Origin: Perkinsus olseni
Lineage: Eukaryota
Assembly: GCA_013115125.1 (NCBI GenBank)
Contig: JABANN010000111.1
Span: 1-64,000, forward strand
Direction: 5' to 3'
DNA: 64,000 nucleotides
The position numbers and the translations under genes are program-made. Of the stretch, positions 24,526-37,099 are shown piece after piece. The notes below the pieces were generated by a model, which was not told where the DNA came from, did not search any database, and worked only from the letters and a program-made list of their open reading frames with translations. Position 1 is the first letter of the stretch. The number at the start of each line of letters is the position of its first letter.

Positions 24526-25538
24526 ACTAGTTGAATGATAAAAAGATAAAACCCAACGAGACCGTCTTTCCCCCGAACATGCCTAGTGAGTCGCCCGATC
24601 AGCAGCAGAGGAAATCGGACAACAAGGGACAGTAACCCACGAACACTCTGGTTGAACCACACTCTAGCCACTACTTCCACCTCAATGACCAGCGGCGACT
24701 AATATCAATCGCTTCACACCTTCGTGCTACCAACCGCCCTGCGATCCGTCCAGACACAAGAAGACCCCGATCGAAGAACGCGATCGAACTCGTTAAGAAA
24801 CTAGTGATAATCTCGTGCCAGGGACCCCTCGACCAGAGAAACCTCCGTGACGTTGCCGGTGAGGGCGATGAAGCCGTAGAGAGGCTTCGAGTGCTTCCCG
24901 GATGGTATCCGAGCTTCACGCCCCTACAACGCCGAATAGGTCGGAGCGGATTCATCAGCGTCAACTCACCTGAACTTTCCTTCGGCCATTCACATAAACA
25001 CACAGCGTACCATCTTCTGGACACGTAATGGCGACCTGGGCAAAATAGTTATTTCTCTTCCTGACAGCAATACCGCACTCTCACCAAATCTCCAGCTTTG
25101 AGATCGCCCGAGGACCATCCGCACAAACTGGCTCCCTCATCAGGGATATGCAACCAACCACTGGCATCGACCCACCTGAACTAACAATCTCCTCACCTCT
25201 CCCCATTCCCGTCTACGACGACAAGTGAACTCAGCAGGACTGAGCTCTACTCCAGCAAACCCCTCCGCCCTATTAGCCAGCGTTATGTACTTAACAACCC
25301 TCCTACCGCACACCAGAACCCATGACGACTACTGCGTCCTATAAGTTCCCTTTCGATGATCATAATAATTCGAGTGAAACTGGAGCCACGTCGCAGAATA
25401 TGAGGAGCGCGAGTCTAGCTGGACTACGATGAGAGGGGCGTGCGTTGCCAGGTTGATGGGGCTGGCGACTGTCCTTCTACTACCACGAGTGCTCCTCTAA
25501 ATGCGTGTTCAAATTGGCGGACTTCGCTAGAGCCTTCG

Positions 25539-25617
25539 GATCATCTGGTGTAACGCCAATATGGATACCTGATCATACTCAGAGATCCCAGGTTCAAATC
25601 CTGGTAAGGACATTTTT
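25539..25617 (+). pseudogene. tRNA-like relic with a T5 tract
   Basis: D-like stem GTGT/ATAC; CTGA-TCATAC-TCAG arm; perfect T-arm CCAGG-TTCAAAT-CCTGG (25588-25604); then TAAGGAC-A-TTTTT; the acceptor stem does not pair. Confidence 0.6.
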
Positions 25618-26481
25618 CGGCTAACCAAATAGTACTGGTTCGCAAGATAAAGGAGTGGAATTTCAAGCGTACTGTACTCCTAGAATCGAGACATCCTTGA
25701 CGAGATGCACTACCTCCCCAGCCAGTGACGGTCTTCTCAATCCGATACTCCACACTCCTGTTGTAGCCGTTAATGCTCAATGGGAAGGAACAGAATACAA
25801 TCTGGCCAAGTGGTAGAAGTCACAACCACCCATCACAGGACCACGGGATCGATCCCGCCATTCGACAACCCCCTAATCGATAGCGGTGTTCTCTACGAAT
25901 ACCGGCAGTTATTTCCCGAATGCCAGGGATGAATCCAGCCGTCCAAACACCCGGCGCGACCATCCGCTCCACCGGCATTACCGATTCCAACCAGTCGTTC
26001 AAAGCCGACGTGCCACATCGCCGAGACTTCTTCTTATAACCATCCAACTCGATCAAATTACCCCGAGGCTCCTCAGCGAAAGACAGGGAGCGCATATCTA
26101 CAACAGATATCTCATCGACAAGCGACCCAACACTCGGCGCGAGAGTCGTTCCACCTCCCAGCCTGACGCACATGCACGCATGCGCATGCCGCCCACTTTG
26201 GGATGATGATTATGATCATTTCGCTCAGGGTGATTAGCGTGCGAAGAATGCATGTCGCAGTACTAACAGATTTGAACTGTGATTACTACTACAACTGCTT
26301 CTGCCACCAAGCCGCCATTCCTAGCCCGACTGCCCACCCCAACCACCTTCCACTACCGTATAATGAGCTGCTCCGTCGTTCAATACTGGGATACTCGCCG
26401 GAGGTGCTGTGCCTACCCACAGCTGACGATAATGCCTGAACACCACCAGCCGCAACAGACATTTCGCGCGCCACGAAATTG

Positions 26482-27563
26482 CTAGCATAGTACATTGTGC
26501 ATGTACAATGGTGGAGCTGAGGCTGTGGTGTCCAGCAGTCTCTCCACTTCCGGGGTCTTATCCAAAAAATCATCAATCACTCCTGAAGGGCGACTAGTGG
26601 CAAGTAAAGACTTCGAAAAATCTTTACTGTGCGCAAAGATACTACTCTTCAAAGTGATGTTTGGTATGAGAGTTGCTGTAGGGAGGGCCTCCCCCGTCAT
26701 CGGGCTTGAATACCTCACGCCCGCCGTCTCCTGGTTGCGGAACCAAGCCTCGATAGCCGACCTCTCATATGAGTGCCCATCCACTGTACCTACCATCGAC
26801 CATGTCGAGTTCACCATGCAGAAGGGTGAACTATCGGACCGCGATCTGCTGCACGCGCGCGCGTGACTCACGTTATGCTGACCACAGAAGGAGGGGTTTT
26901 CAGAACCAATCTTCTCAAAACCCGGACCCCTCCTCCCCGGGGAATTCCGGTTTCGTAGTTTCGAGCGGTCCATTCTCGAGATATGATATCAATCCTACTG
27001 CGTCGAAGCGGCTAGGAGATAACAGTGTGGGCCCGGAGACGCTGCCCAGGAACGCTTACAGACAGGATCTCTCATGATGAGCTGACTGATCGGGCAGAGC
27101 ATTCCGTCCAGGAGAAGATCATCCACATCACCGACAGGAGGGCTCATTCTCTGCGCTCGTCAATAAAATAGAACTGAGTCAGTTCAACTGACCAAGCACG
27201 TCTACGATCGCCACATTCACTCCAATTGAGTCACAACTACAACACAACTTCCTGAATTACTAAACTGAGTGATTATCTCATCACCATCATACTACTATCC
27301 ATGCAGCAGCATCATCACCGTCCCGGGCGATACCCCTCCATCACGGAGCCCCAAGTCAAGGCAACGAACTGGGCACCATAGAGAATGCCCATTTCCTGTA
27401 AGGCCCTCCGGAGCGTCCCCATGTCTTCAGCAGCACCTCCCGAGCTAGGGTCAGCATCCATGCCACCGCAATCCACCAGCACGAACCTGTACTTCGCCAC
27501 CGATCCGTCTGAACCCTCGGACGGCACCTGCGCTTGTGAGACTGAGCTACACAGGGAGACTAG

Positions 27564-27609
<46 letters not shown>

Positions 27610-28998
27610 AGAGATTAGCAGTGAATATTTCTCGCCAGCTTCGAGTTCAAATATCCTCACGTTATAGTTAGAAAAACTTCTTGCGTACTCAAGCTCTCGC
27701 CATTCGCGCATCGATTCACTATCGATAAATTCTTGTAGCTTCTATTATTGCCAGTACTCCCGTCCCCCGTCACTGCGTTAGAGAGATGTACTACTTCAGA
27801 AGTCGTTCCGACAAGTACGTTGGTCGGGTTCATGTCTCCGTGGTTGAGTTGTGGGTAGTCGCGGTGGAAGGCGGCCAGAAAGCTTCCGAACGATTTACAT
27901 AACTCTGCAATGTTTGTCGGAGCAGCACTGTTGAACCACCACTTCATAAGGAGGTCCGATAGAGGAACCGTGCACTGGGATTCGAACCTGTGCGGGAAAA
28001 CAACACTGGGGTCGTGACTGGCAACTAACACGACCAGATCAAGCCCTAATGATATTTTCGATCGCAGCTGTCACGAACTTCGCCAAAAATCTCAGCTGCG
28101 CCACAGCACGAAGCGCTCAATACCGAATACCCGGCAAATTCCAAGTCACACGGATGAGTCCCGACGTCCAATAGACAGTACACGAACCGAACGGAGGCGA
28201 TGAAGACGATTGAACGTTGCTAGTCGGCGTGAAAGTGAGACGAGTCAGTCCTCGGTCGGGGTATCTCGATATCGGCTTCCCCACTTGAGCCTCCTGCCAT
28301 GCTAGTACCTTGATACGTGGATGTGATAGAGCACATATGGCTCCTGTCGTAGTGCAGCGTCTCCCTCATCGCACTCCTCCGCGTCTTCGTAGTGAACAAC
28401 GTCAATGATGCAGAACGGCACCGAACAACGAGGGTCTCGGAGTAAACTAGGAAACACTTCCGTTGTGGCTGTAATGGTCTCAACTTCATAGTCCGGGGAC
28501 CGAACCAGCTGAGACGAGTATCTTTTCTCCACAAAACGACCCCCAATAGGAACCGACCTTCACTAGCATCTTCTTCTCTGCATCATCGCCATTGACATGC
28601 ATCGATAAAGTATAGACACCGAGGCAGTTCCTAGCAGTACTACTACTCACCGTCCCTATCGACGAATCGGACAAGAATTGATAATCAACTTTAAGATCGC
28701 TACAAACTACCAATGGGGCGATTCGCCCCGACCTTGTGAGTGATGGACCTGCGTACGATAATAGAGCGAAAAGGAAACTGATATTACTACTCCCGCCGAA
28801 GCTCCCCAGTACGGCCTTCTCGATCTCCTCACTGTGAGCTATTGGATCGAATATGTTGCCAGATTGTGCACCCTCGTTCCAAATTATAACGGGACGATGT
28901 ATTCTGACACCTCTAGCTCCACCATCATCAATTGTCGAGCCTGGCTGTTCCGTTTGGCCGGGATCAGATGGAGGAGCTGTCAGTGCGGAGGACGCCAC
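26482..28998 (-). CDS. Protein kinase-like domain plus U-box (multi-exon; probably extends both ways, ~25400-29240)
   Basis: KKMLVKV (beta-3 Lys), LNHGDMNPTNVLV (catalytic loop) and FVLVDCGG (DFG-like), followed by DGHSYERSAIEAWF..SSPMTGEALPTATLIPNITLKSSI (U-box). Confidence 0.7.
27171..27192. repeat. 22-nt double-palindrome scar, 8-mer GAACTGAC
   Basis: GAACTGA-GTCAGTTC-AACTGAC. Confidence 0.85.
27565..27606. repeat. (AAC)14 microsatellite, probably intronic
   Basis: Read directly from the sequence. Confidence 0.95.
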
Positions 28999-29038
28999 TT
29001 TTGTATAGAATGATAAATTAAACTAACTGGGTAACTCA

Positions 29039-29060
29039 CTGACTCCGAGTCAGTGACTCG
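29039..29060. repeat. 22-nt double-palindrome scar, 8-mer CTGACTCG
   Basis: CTGACTC-CGAGTCAG-TGACTCG. Confidence 0.85.
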
Positions 29061-29453
29061 TGCAGAACCGTCGCACAATACTCTAACTCGACAACGGTAC
29101 AGAGTCAAAGGCAATGGAGAAGGCATGTGAAGACCATGGAGAGCAATCATAGAGCTTCCGATGGCTGTGCCGGCGACCCAGTCAGGAAACCCAGTAAACG
29201 TAAACAACAAACCCGCCGTAAACAAATGTGCATCCGGTGTTCATTCGATAGCGATTCACTCGCAATGGGCCCTCCATCTGGGGATCTCAAGAGACGGAGT
29301 TGATCCGTATCCTTAGGTGTGAGACAAAGAGCTTTGGAGTCATTTCAACCGCACGGCATCAGCCCTGACCTGGAAATATAAGTGCTCGAAAGTGGGCGCG
29401 CGCTGGAAGTCCCCGCCACTTGCGCGACCGGAACCGCATGATAAGACTTATCA

Positions 29454-29496
29454 AAGGGGCTCTGCGCAAGTACTTAGTACTTGCGCAGAGCCCCTT
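29454..29496. repeat. Perfect 21-bp inverted repeat with a 1-nt centre
   Basis: AAGGGGCTCTGCGCAAGTACT-T-AGTACTTGCGCAGAGCCCCTT. Confidence 0.95.
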
Positions 29497-29589
29497 CTCT
29501 CCGCTTATCTGACCTGGTCGTACTTGATGCCCTAGGGATACACAGTAGACTTTCACTCCACTTTCAGAGTTGACGTACCCCTGGTATTA

Positions 29590-30043
29590 ATGACCATCAT
29601 CATGGCTCTCGTTCGTCTGGCTACTATCGTGGCCAGCGTGGCCCTAGGAAGCCCTTCCCCTCCGGCCACTCCCGTTCCATCTGCTCCAACCGACGACTCC
29701 AAGAACCTGAGAAGCTGGTGGCCAGTGATGGAGGGAATGATCGAACATCAGCTGGCAGTCGAGGGTGCCGCCGGGAGAGACCCGGTACTCTTCCCAAACG
29801 GCACCTCTACTACGACCATCGAGGTGAGCGCTACCATGGCGCCCACTTCTGGTCCTGAAGACGAGCAGACCACCAGTGGACTCGGTGGAGAGAGTGAAGG
29901 GTGAGATAACAGTGGGACAATCGTTAGCGATATACTTTATTTTTGTCAGGACTTCCTCGGGCAGCTGGCAAGCATCGCGCATTGGCTGGAAGGAGATCGA
30001 CTTGCTGGGGCTGGTCACATTGGGGGCGGAGCTTCTGTGCTAA
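29590..30043 (+). CDS. Small secreted Thr/Pro-rich, putatively GPI-anchored protein, paralog 1 (intron 29901-29949)
   Basis: Signal peptide, WWPVMEGMIEHQL core and T-rich stalk; the spliced last exon TSSGSWQ..LLGLVTLGAELLC* is hydrophobic. Confidence 0.7.
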
Positions 30044-31135
30044 GCACGAGCCTCCAAATAATTGAACTTGTATCATGATATTTTTATTTGCACGATGGTG
30101 TATATATTGAGATACGTATCAAACACAACGGCTCCAGTTGCGATCCCAGAGCTCTCATGGGCATGAGTCATGGCACGTCGCTCGGGAAGTTAGTCCGGCC
30201 GGGGCAAAAATTATACCGCGAAAAGTATACTCAGATAGTAGTGTCGTGATAGCACAACCAAGCTCGCGAACATTTACTTAGCGGAGCCTGGTGAGATTCA
30301 TCAAAATTTGCGATTTAGTGATGAATTGAAATATTACCTCCAAGTTGGCAGTTCAGGCCTGACCATTCAAGCTTAGAGTCTCCAGCTCAAGACTCAGGAC
30401 CATCTCGGCCTCACGCCGCAGCCTGAGCTATGAAGGAGGGTCGAAGGATTCCTCAGGAATCCGCTTGGCTGACAGTCATTATGGGTCGAGAAGCAGCTCT
30501 GGCGAGGGCCTCGCCGTGAGGCGACGGATGAAACTGAACTTGAGTCAAATCCCTTAAAATATCCGGGGAAGGCGTAAGAGAAACCATGCTCAAGTTCGGA
30601 ACGACACAGCAATCATTGCTTACGGCATTATGCCGTAAGTTACGACACGTCACGGTCAGTGACCCACTGACGAGCATCAGCGATGCCCCATTACTCGTCA
30701 AGTTGATGCTCGTCGATGACATCAACACGAGCTAGTTCACTGCTGTAGAACTAACGGTACCAAGGAAATATTCGAAACCCTTTGAGTAATACGCCCTGGG
30801 ACAACAATCACAAATCGGCGCTCAGCAAGATCTTGACCTCTCACGAATACTTGCAATTCCTCAAGCGGGCCGTCTTCGTACGAGCAGACTGCTCGGAGCA
30901 GTGCGAGCAGACTCGACTCTACTTGTATCTGCATGTAACGTTCATGCGTTTTGCTGGTATCGTAGCAATAGACTACTGGCAGTAGTCATGCTCTAGTTCT
31001 TGCTCTGAGCCTCGTCAAAACAGCACCCGTAGCCCAGCAGCTTGTGTGAACGTAGTCGGCCAGCAGAAATTTTTCTCTTCATATCACTTTCTCTGAGTCT
31101 GTCTTCCTCAGTGTATGAAAAGATCTTTTACAAAA

Positions 31136-32357
31136 ATGTCTACTAGTTGTAAGGCCATCGTTGCTCCCAGCGTCCTCGCGGCAGACTTCGCTCACCTCGC
31201 ACGCGACTGCGATGAAGTCCTCAAAGGTAGTCTTTCTCCGACTCATCTCGGATGTTCACTCGGTCAATGTACGCAGTCTTCGATGAGTGGTGAATGTCTC
31301 AGGTGGTGCGGACTGGCTCCATCTTGATTTCATGGATGGTCACTTCGTCCCCAATCTGTCCTTTGGCTTCCCTGTCGTAGAGAGTCTCGACAAGTACTAC
31401 CAGAAGCAAGGTACAAGTATCAGTCAATCTGTCATTTCCATCGCTCGGTTTTTAGAGTCAGAGACTGGGCATGCTCACCCTTTCTTCGACGCTCACATTA
31501 TGGTCAGCAACCCGATGCAATGGATCGAGGAGTTGAAGAAATGCGGATGCAACCAGGTACTATCTAGGCTGGCTCCCGAGGCTTCTCCGTTGGTCGCCCG
31601 GTTTGACGATTTTCCTTTGGTATGACTTTTTTTGAGCTGCGTTGCGTCTAGGTTGATTTCCACATTGAGGCCGTGAAGGATCACGAAGAGTGCCTCAAGG
31701 TTTGCCAGGCCATCCGTGAGCACGGTAAGCCGCAGTCAGATTTATACCTCTGTTTCATCACAGCTTCTCAGGAATGCGAGTGGGTATCGCTATAAAGCCT
31801 AAGACGCCTGTGAGCGCTGTCCAGTCTGTTCTGGATATCGGTAGAAAGGACGATGCTGAGAGTACCGTGATTGATGACCTCTTGGTAGTATACTTCATTT
31901 TGGCGCGCTTCCCACTTTGATAATGATACAGGTAATGACCGTCGAGCCTGGCTTCGGCGGCCAGAAGTTCATGCCCGACATGATGATCAAGGTTGAGGAA
32001 GCACGGAAGCGTTACGGCCACTCCCTCGGTACTGCTATGGTGTTAACCCCCGAGGCTCTTCTTCATACTGGTGTTTCGTTTCTCAGATATCACTGTCGAT
32101 GGTGGGCTTAATCCCTCCACTTCCGTCGTTGCTGGTGATGCCGGTGCCAACGTCATTGTGGCTGGAAGTGCTGTCTTCCGGTAATATTAGGCTAGGCCTT
32201 TTTCCTTTCACCGCCTGTGCTTGTCCGTGCTGCTAGTATCTGCCCTAATGCATGCTTCTGTGCTTTCAGCACTAGTGAGCCGGAGTCAGTCATTGGCGTG
32301 ATTCGCAAGGCTGTCGAGGAGGGAATGGCCAAGAGAGCTCATGAAGTGGCCGAGTAA
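31136..32357 (+). CDS. RPE: Ribulose-phosphate 3-epimerase (multi-exon)
   Basis: [69 protein letters not shown] and [13 protein letters not shown]. Confidence 0.97.
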
Positions 32358-33194
32358 ATTATTCCGTTGTATGCTTGTCAATATATTCATTGTGTTTATG
32401 TATTACTCCTGCTGTTCTCTGTTGAAAAGGTGTGATATCATGAGATATTGCTCCCCCGGGATACAACCAAAGTTTCTAGTTAGCTGCTCTGGTCCATCGG
32501 GAGTTGCGTTCTTGACTTGCTGATGTGTCTGCCGTTAGTGAAGCTGGGAGAAACTCAGAATTAGTCGTTCGAATTTTGGTAGGGTGCGGGGATCATTGCC
32601 AAGGATGAATTTTAGTTGTGCACGCTGTGGGTTAACGGTACCGCTCGGCGTTTCGCTCATGCTCAGCATGATGTCGACATCATCCCATACTATGCCATGG
32701 TAACTATGGATATTGCGGGACCGGGATAGTAGTTGAGGGTCACCCGCAGCGTTTACTCAGTTGCTATGTCTGCCATGCCAATCGTGCATGCGCAATCAAC
32801 TCAACCGATGAGCCTCGGACACAATGGTCAACGGGAGTTGTCTCAAGAGTCCTACGACTCGGGATGAGGATGGTGCTATCCGAAAGGGGAGGAGCAGTAT
32901 TTTGTGATGTGGTAATGGCGACGGAGCTCCGCTAGTCTCCGGGCGAGCGATATCTCAAGCGCTGCGCTTGAAATGTGCGGCACATTTTTGCATTCAATTC
33001 AAGTTCGACCGAGTTTGAATGAGGTTCTTACTTCGTGTTTATACTCTAGTTGCTACTACTCTAGTTGCTACTACTCTCCCAGTCTGGGTGACCCTGAGAT
33101 GTTATCCCACCATCCCCAAACTCTGTCAACACAACTCCCGAGAATGTTCAAAAAATTCTAAACAACATCATGCAAATAATACAATAGTAATTAA

Positions 33195-33635
33195 TTACAT
33201 GGTCGCCAACGTGGCTATCTCCACCACGATGGCGACCAACACCACCCCGACTTCTTGCCTCCAGCTAGCCGAGGTGGAACTGAAAAAACAGAAATGAGCG
33301 AAGCAGTCATGATATAACACGCCTTACCTCCCCGCTCCTCCACGGAGCTGCCCTTCAGGTCTACTGGTCGTCGAAGTGGTAGTGGTGGAGGTGAAGGGGC
33401 CCACGGTGGTGGGCATCGGATGGAGCTCCACTCCATCAAATAGACCTGTCGTCGCTTTCGGCTCCGCTTCCAAGAGCTCGGCGATCTTGTTCTCCGCCAG
33501 CATCCACCAAATCTCATGCTCGGTGGGGCCGGAGGGAAGGTCAGGGGAAGGAGGAGAGGTGGTGTTGGGGATAGTAGTGCCCCCAACAACCACAGTGGCC
33601 GCAATGGCGGCGATCATGTTAATGATAAAGATCAT
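33195..33635 (-). CDS. Small secreted Thr/Pro-rich, putatively GPI-anchored protein, paralog 2 (intron 33280-33327)
   Basis: Signal peptide, HEIWWMLAENKIAELL core and T-run; AG|GTAAG donor; last exon STSASWRQEVGVVLVAIVVEIATLATM*. Confidence 0.75.
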
Positions 33636-33952
33636 TAAAATGTTCGATAACACTGAAAATACGGGAATAAAACCTATTCAGTTTGAACTGATAATTCGCT
33701 CGGGCAGCTTCTCACACGATAGCACTAGGAGAGTGTTCAAAGACTGAAATTCTAAAGGTTCTAGCACCTGCAAAGCATTCAATATCAACTCCGAATGACT
33801 ATTAGACTAGGATGTTCATCGAATTTCGGGCGAGCGCGATATGAACGGCGCATCTTCCTCGCCTGATATCGATTCTCGAATGAACTATGGTAACACAACT
33901 TGCAGGTACTTCAAAAAATCAGTACAACCTCGTGCAAATGTTATACAGATAA

Positions 33953-34417
33953 CTAATTAGTGAACGTCATGAGGAGCAGTTCCGTCATGACGAGCCAAGC
34001 TACTCCGCCGCCCTCGTTCCAGGCAGCCGAAGTAGAACTGACAAGGAAACAGAAGTATTTACAACGCCGTGGTTGATGAGTTCTGTCTTACCTTCCCACC
34101 CCTCCACGGAGCTGTCCAGTTCCTGACCCGCTGGTGGTGGTGGTAGGCGAGGTCGTGGTTGTAGTGGAGGTAGGAGGGCCCTCTGTGGTGGGCCCTTCAA
34201 CCTCTCCTTCGCCACGTGCACCACCAGCTGCCTCCTGCTCCGCTTGTAGCAGCTCGTCGATCTTCTTGCTGGCGAGCATCCACCACACGTCATGGCCCGT
34301 AATTGGAGGACCGCGGTTGAGGTCAGGGGTAGGCGGGTAGGTGGTGTTGAGGGCGGTAGTGCCCTCAGCGACCACGGTAGCCGCGATGGCGGCGAGCACG
34401 ATGACGATGGAAGTCAT
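33953..34417 (-). CDS. Small secreted Thr/Pro-rich, putatively GPI-anchored protein, paralog 3 (intron 34038-34091)
   Basis: Signal peptide, HDVWWMLASKKIDELL core and T-runs; last exon STSAAWNEGGGVAWLVMTELLLMTFTN*. Confidence 0.75.
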
Positions 34418-34758
34418 GGAGATGCGAACAAGTCACTGAGAGGAGAGGATAAACTTCTGTTATAGCAGAATTGCCGAGCTTTTAGTCTGTTATAAGAGGG
34501 TATATAGTGTAACCAAATCTAGGTCGCAGAGGCACGCGGTCGCGGGAGCGTAGTCGCGCACGCCAGAGTTCGAGCGTGGGTATTTCCATGTGACTCTGCC
34601 TTCAATTTACGTGCTCAGGAGTTTGTGTTCAATTTATAATCATGCAGCCCGCATCTGAGAAGGAGCGGCTTAGGGAAGGCCTCAGGGTGAGAAATGAAGG
34701 GTCAACACCAATGAGGGTTAGCCGGGTATGTGGGGCCTATTGATCGAGCCTTGGACGA

Positions 34759-35373
34759 GTGGTCCTGGTGGCTCAGGTTGGCTTCCGGTATTTCCGACTG
34801 AAACGTCTTAGAGAATCTTTGCTGCCCCCGTCTGCGTCCTCGGCGGGAGGGAAGTCCTTGACGGATCGGTGCGGTGTATCGTTAGTGTTGCCAACATGTG
34901 TTGCTGAGCAATATCCTCATGTCAATCCTCACCTCTTCGACGCCAACCCCAAGGCGGCTAAGTTTTTTGTATGCAAGTCAAACTGTGAGGAGAACGTCTA
35001 CATGGCCCTCCGGTAATATTTTAAACGGGTTGAGCATGGTGTGGTATTGTAATAAGTATCATTGTGACACGACGGTTCTGGGTAAACCAACAGTTAGGGA
35101 ATGTGGTTGAAGGCGGGGCGTCTTGCTCATCCATCGTTCGCTTCAACGAACACACGGTGATGTGTGTAGGGCGCTGCCCCTAGGTCAGAACCCATGCGGT
35201 GTACGTGGTTAATTCAGGTTCGGACTTTGGTCTCCCTCATCACAGGACTTTCTTGGAAAGCTGAGAGATACTCTGAGGGGCTATCCCAGTCCGGCCAACT
35301 CTAGTGAAACATCTCCCCACTACCGGCCGGTTTACTTGTTCTTCTCAGTGTCGGGCTCCGGAATGTTCCTAGG
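34759..35373 (+). CDS. YTH-domain protein (partial model; further exons may run to ~36690)
   Basis: AKFFVCKSNCEENVYMAL and RPVYLFFSVSGSGMFLG match the YTH consensus segments FFIIKS..E.V and PVYLFFSVN.SG.F.G. Confidence 0.75.
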
Positions 35374-37099
35374 GGTAAGGGAATCCTGGGGTCCACCGAA
35401 CAGCCGCGCACCTCTCAGATGTGCCAAGCGATCGGCATAGATGAAACGGCCTCTTTACGGTGGCCTGATGGAGTCATGAGGATAGGAGTTATATTCTTAA
35501 GATGGATGTAAACAACTTTCAGTGTGGCGGGAGAGGCCGACTCTCGCCTGTCGGTCTGCTCACTCGCTCAAGAGGAGCACTTTCTGTTTTGACTCTCCCC
35601 ACCGCGGAACTCCGCTTCACTGCGTGTCTATCGTCTTCGAGAAGACTGGTCGAATGAGGTTCTCTTCAGCTTTGTACGTGACGTCCCCAACGACTGTCTA
35701 CGACATTTACTTGTTCCAATGGCCCACTGCCCCTCTACTCGGGAACCGATGCCGTTGCCGCAGTGCCGTGAAGGGCAGGAGGTAGTGTAGATGGACTGAC
35801 GGGAAGGCATCTGCGCAGGGCCTCTCAGCGTGGATTAATTTCGTTGAGCTTCGACTGTTGCTGTTGTCTCGAGGTACCTCTTCAGAAAGGGAAAGAAATT
35901 ATGAAGATCTTCCGCCATGCCGTTCGCCAGGACGGGGTACCTACTTTTTTCCTGATTATTAGTCGCAGTGGTTGTTCAGGTGTCGCTGCTTGATGATGTA
36001 GCTTACTATGATAAGAAATTTAATAAAGCTGGCCTGCGGGTCGATGGTAAGCTTGGCGTTGTCGTATTCAGCAGATTATAAATTCGCCGAGGAGTGGTAT
36101 GCCAGAGTCTTGGAAGTGTCGTCGACCGTCTAGTTTATTGGGAGCTCCGATTGCGTCAATCTTTTCAGATTTTCACAACTTTATTGCGAGCTGCTAAGTT
36201 CCATGATCGATTTGTAACGTCAGCCCAGCATTTCCACTGTCCCATTGCGGTGCAGTCCGCTGCTCGGTTTCATGTCGCTGTTATTCTCTTTCGTTCTGAG
36301 TGCACAATTTCACGGAGGTGTGGTATCGGAAAATAATCACTCACACTGGCGTACCTTTCAAGCCGTCTCAGGCTGTGGTCGAGGTCATCGATGGATTTTG
36401 CGAACAGCAGATGTATTCCCTCCCCTGCGCCGCTGCGAACTACTCAAATCTCGTCCGAATCACGGTCTTTGTACTCTCGATAAACCCAAGGCCATCGATA
36501 TTGAGCTGAACTTTCCGTCACCTTACTGATGTAGTTTTTGTTGTTGCGGCAGCCTCAGCTTATGTTCGTAGCGCGGTACCTAGATGCCCACACAAGCATC
36601 GGTGGCGGCCGGCCAAAGCCAGCGGTGAAGACCGTCGCTCAATCCCATCAATCCGTTCGGGAGTTCTTGGAAGCTTGGCTGCCTACGAGGTAGTACTCTG
36701 GGAGTTCTCCAGAGTAAAAAAGGCTTTGCGAAGTTCCTCGTGTGCCACTTGCACTTCCGAGTATCACGCCCGATCAGCAGATTACTCCCAGCGTACTAGG
36801 ATTATCAGAGCAGCATTGTAGAAGTTAAACGCCGCCTTGCGTTGAGTTTTCTAACCAGCTGATCAGGAGTTCGTGATTTTACGGTATGTTATATCGATCG
36901 TTGCAGCTCGCAAGTGAGATCTTGCTCCATCCACATTTTTCGGTGGGTCCTGAGATTCAGATCACTATTCTAGGATTTTATCTCCGCGAAAATTCCGACC
37001 AGGAGAAAAAGATTGATTATTTATTATAGATTATTATTTCGCGCTCACGGGAAAGTTTCGCCTTCGCGGAGGTATTTGGTATTATCATTCTCAATCGAG

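Noticed and set aside
27315-27608. Poly-Leu signal peptide or poly-Asn ORFs
   Set aside because: These are translations of the (AAC)n microsatellite; only the downstream part is a kinase exon.
27970-28000. GGTTCGAATCC B-box on the minus strand
   Set aside because: No T-stem pairing or A-box; it coincides with a CAG acceptor and kinase exon sequence.
33324-33350. C-terminal LRGG-x-GR as a ubiquitin-like or amidation motif
   Set aside because: The apparent stop lies in a splice donor; the spliced protein continues into a hydrophobic tail.
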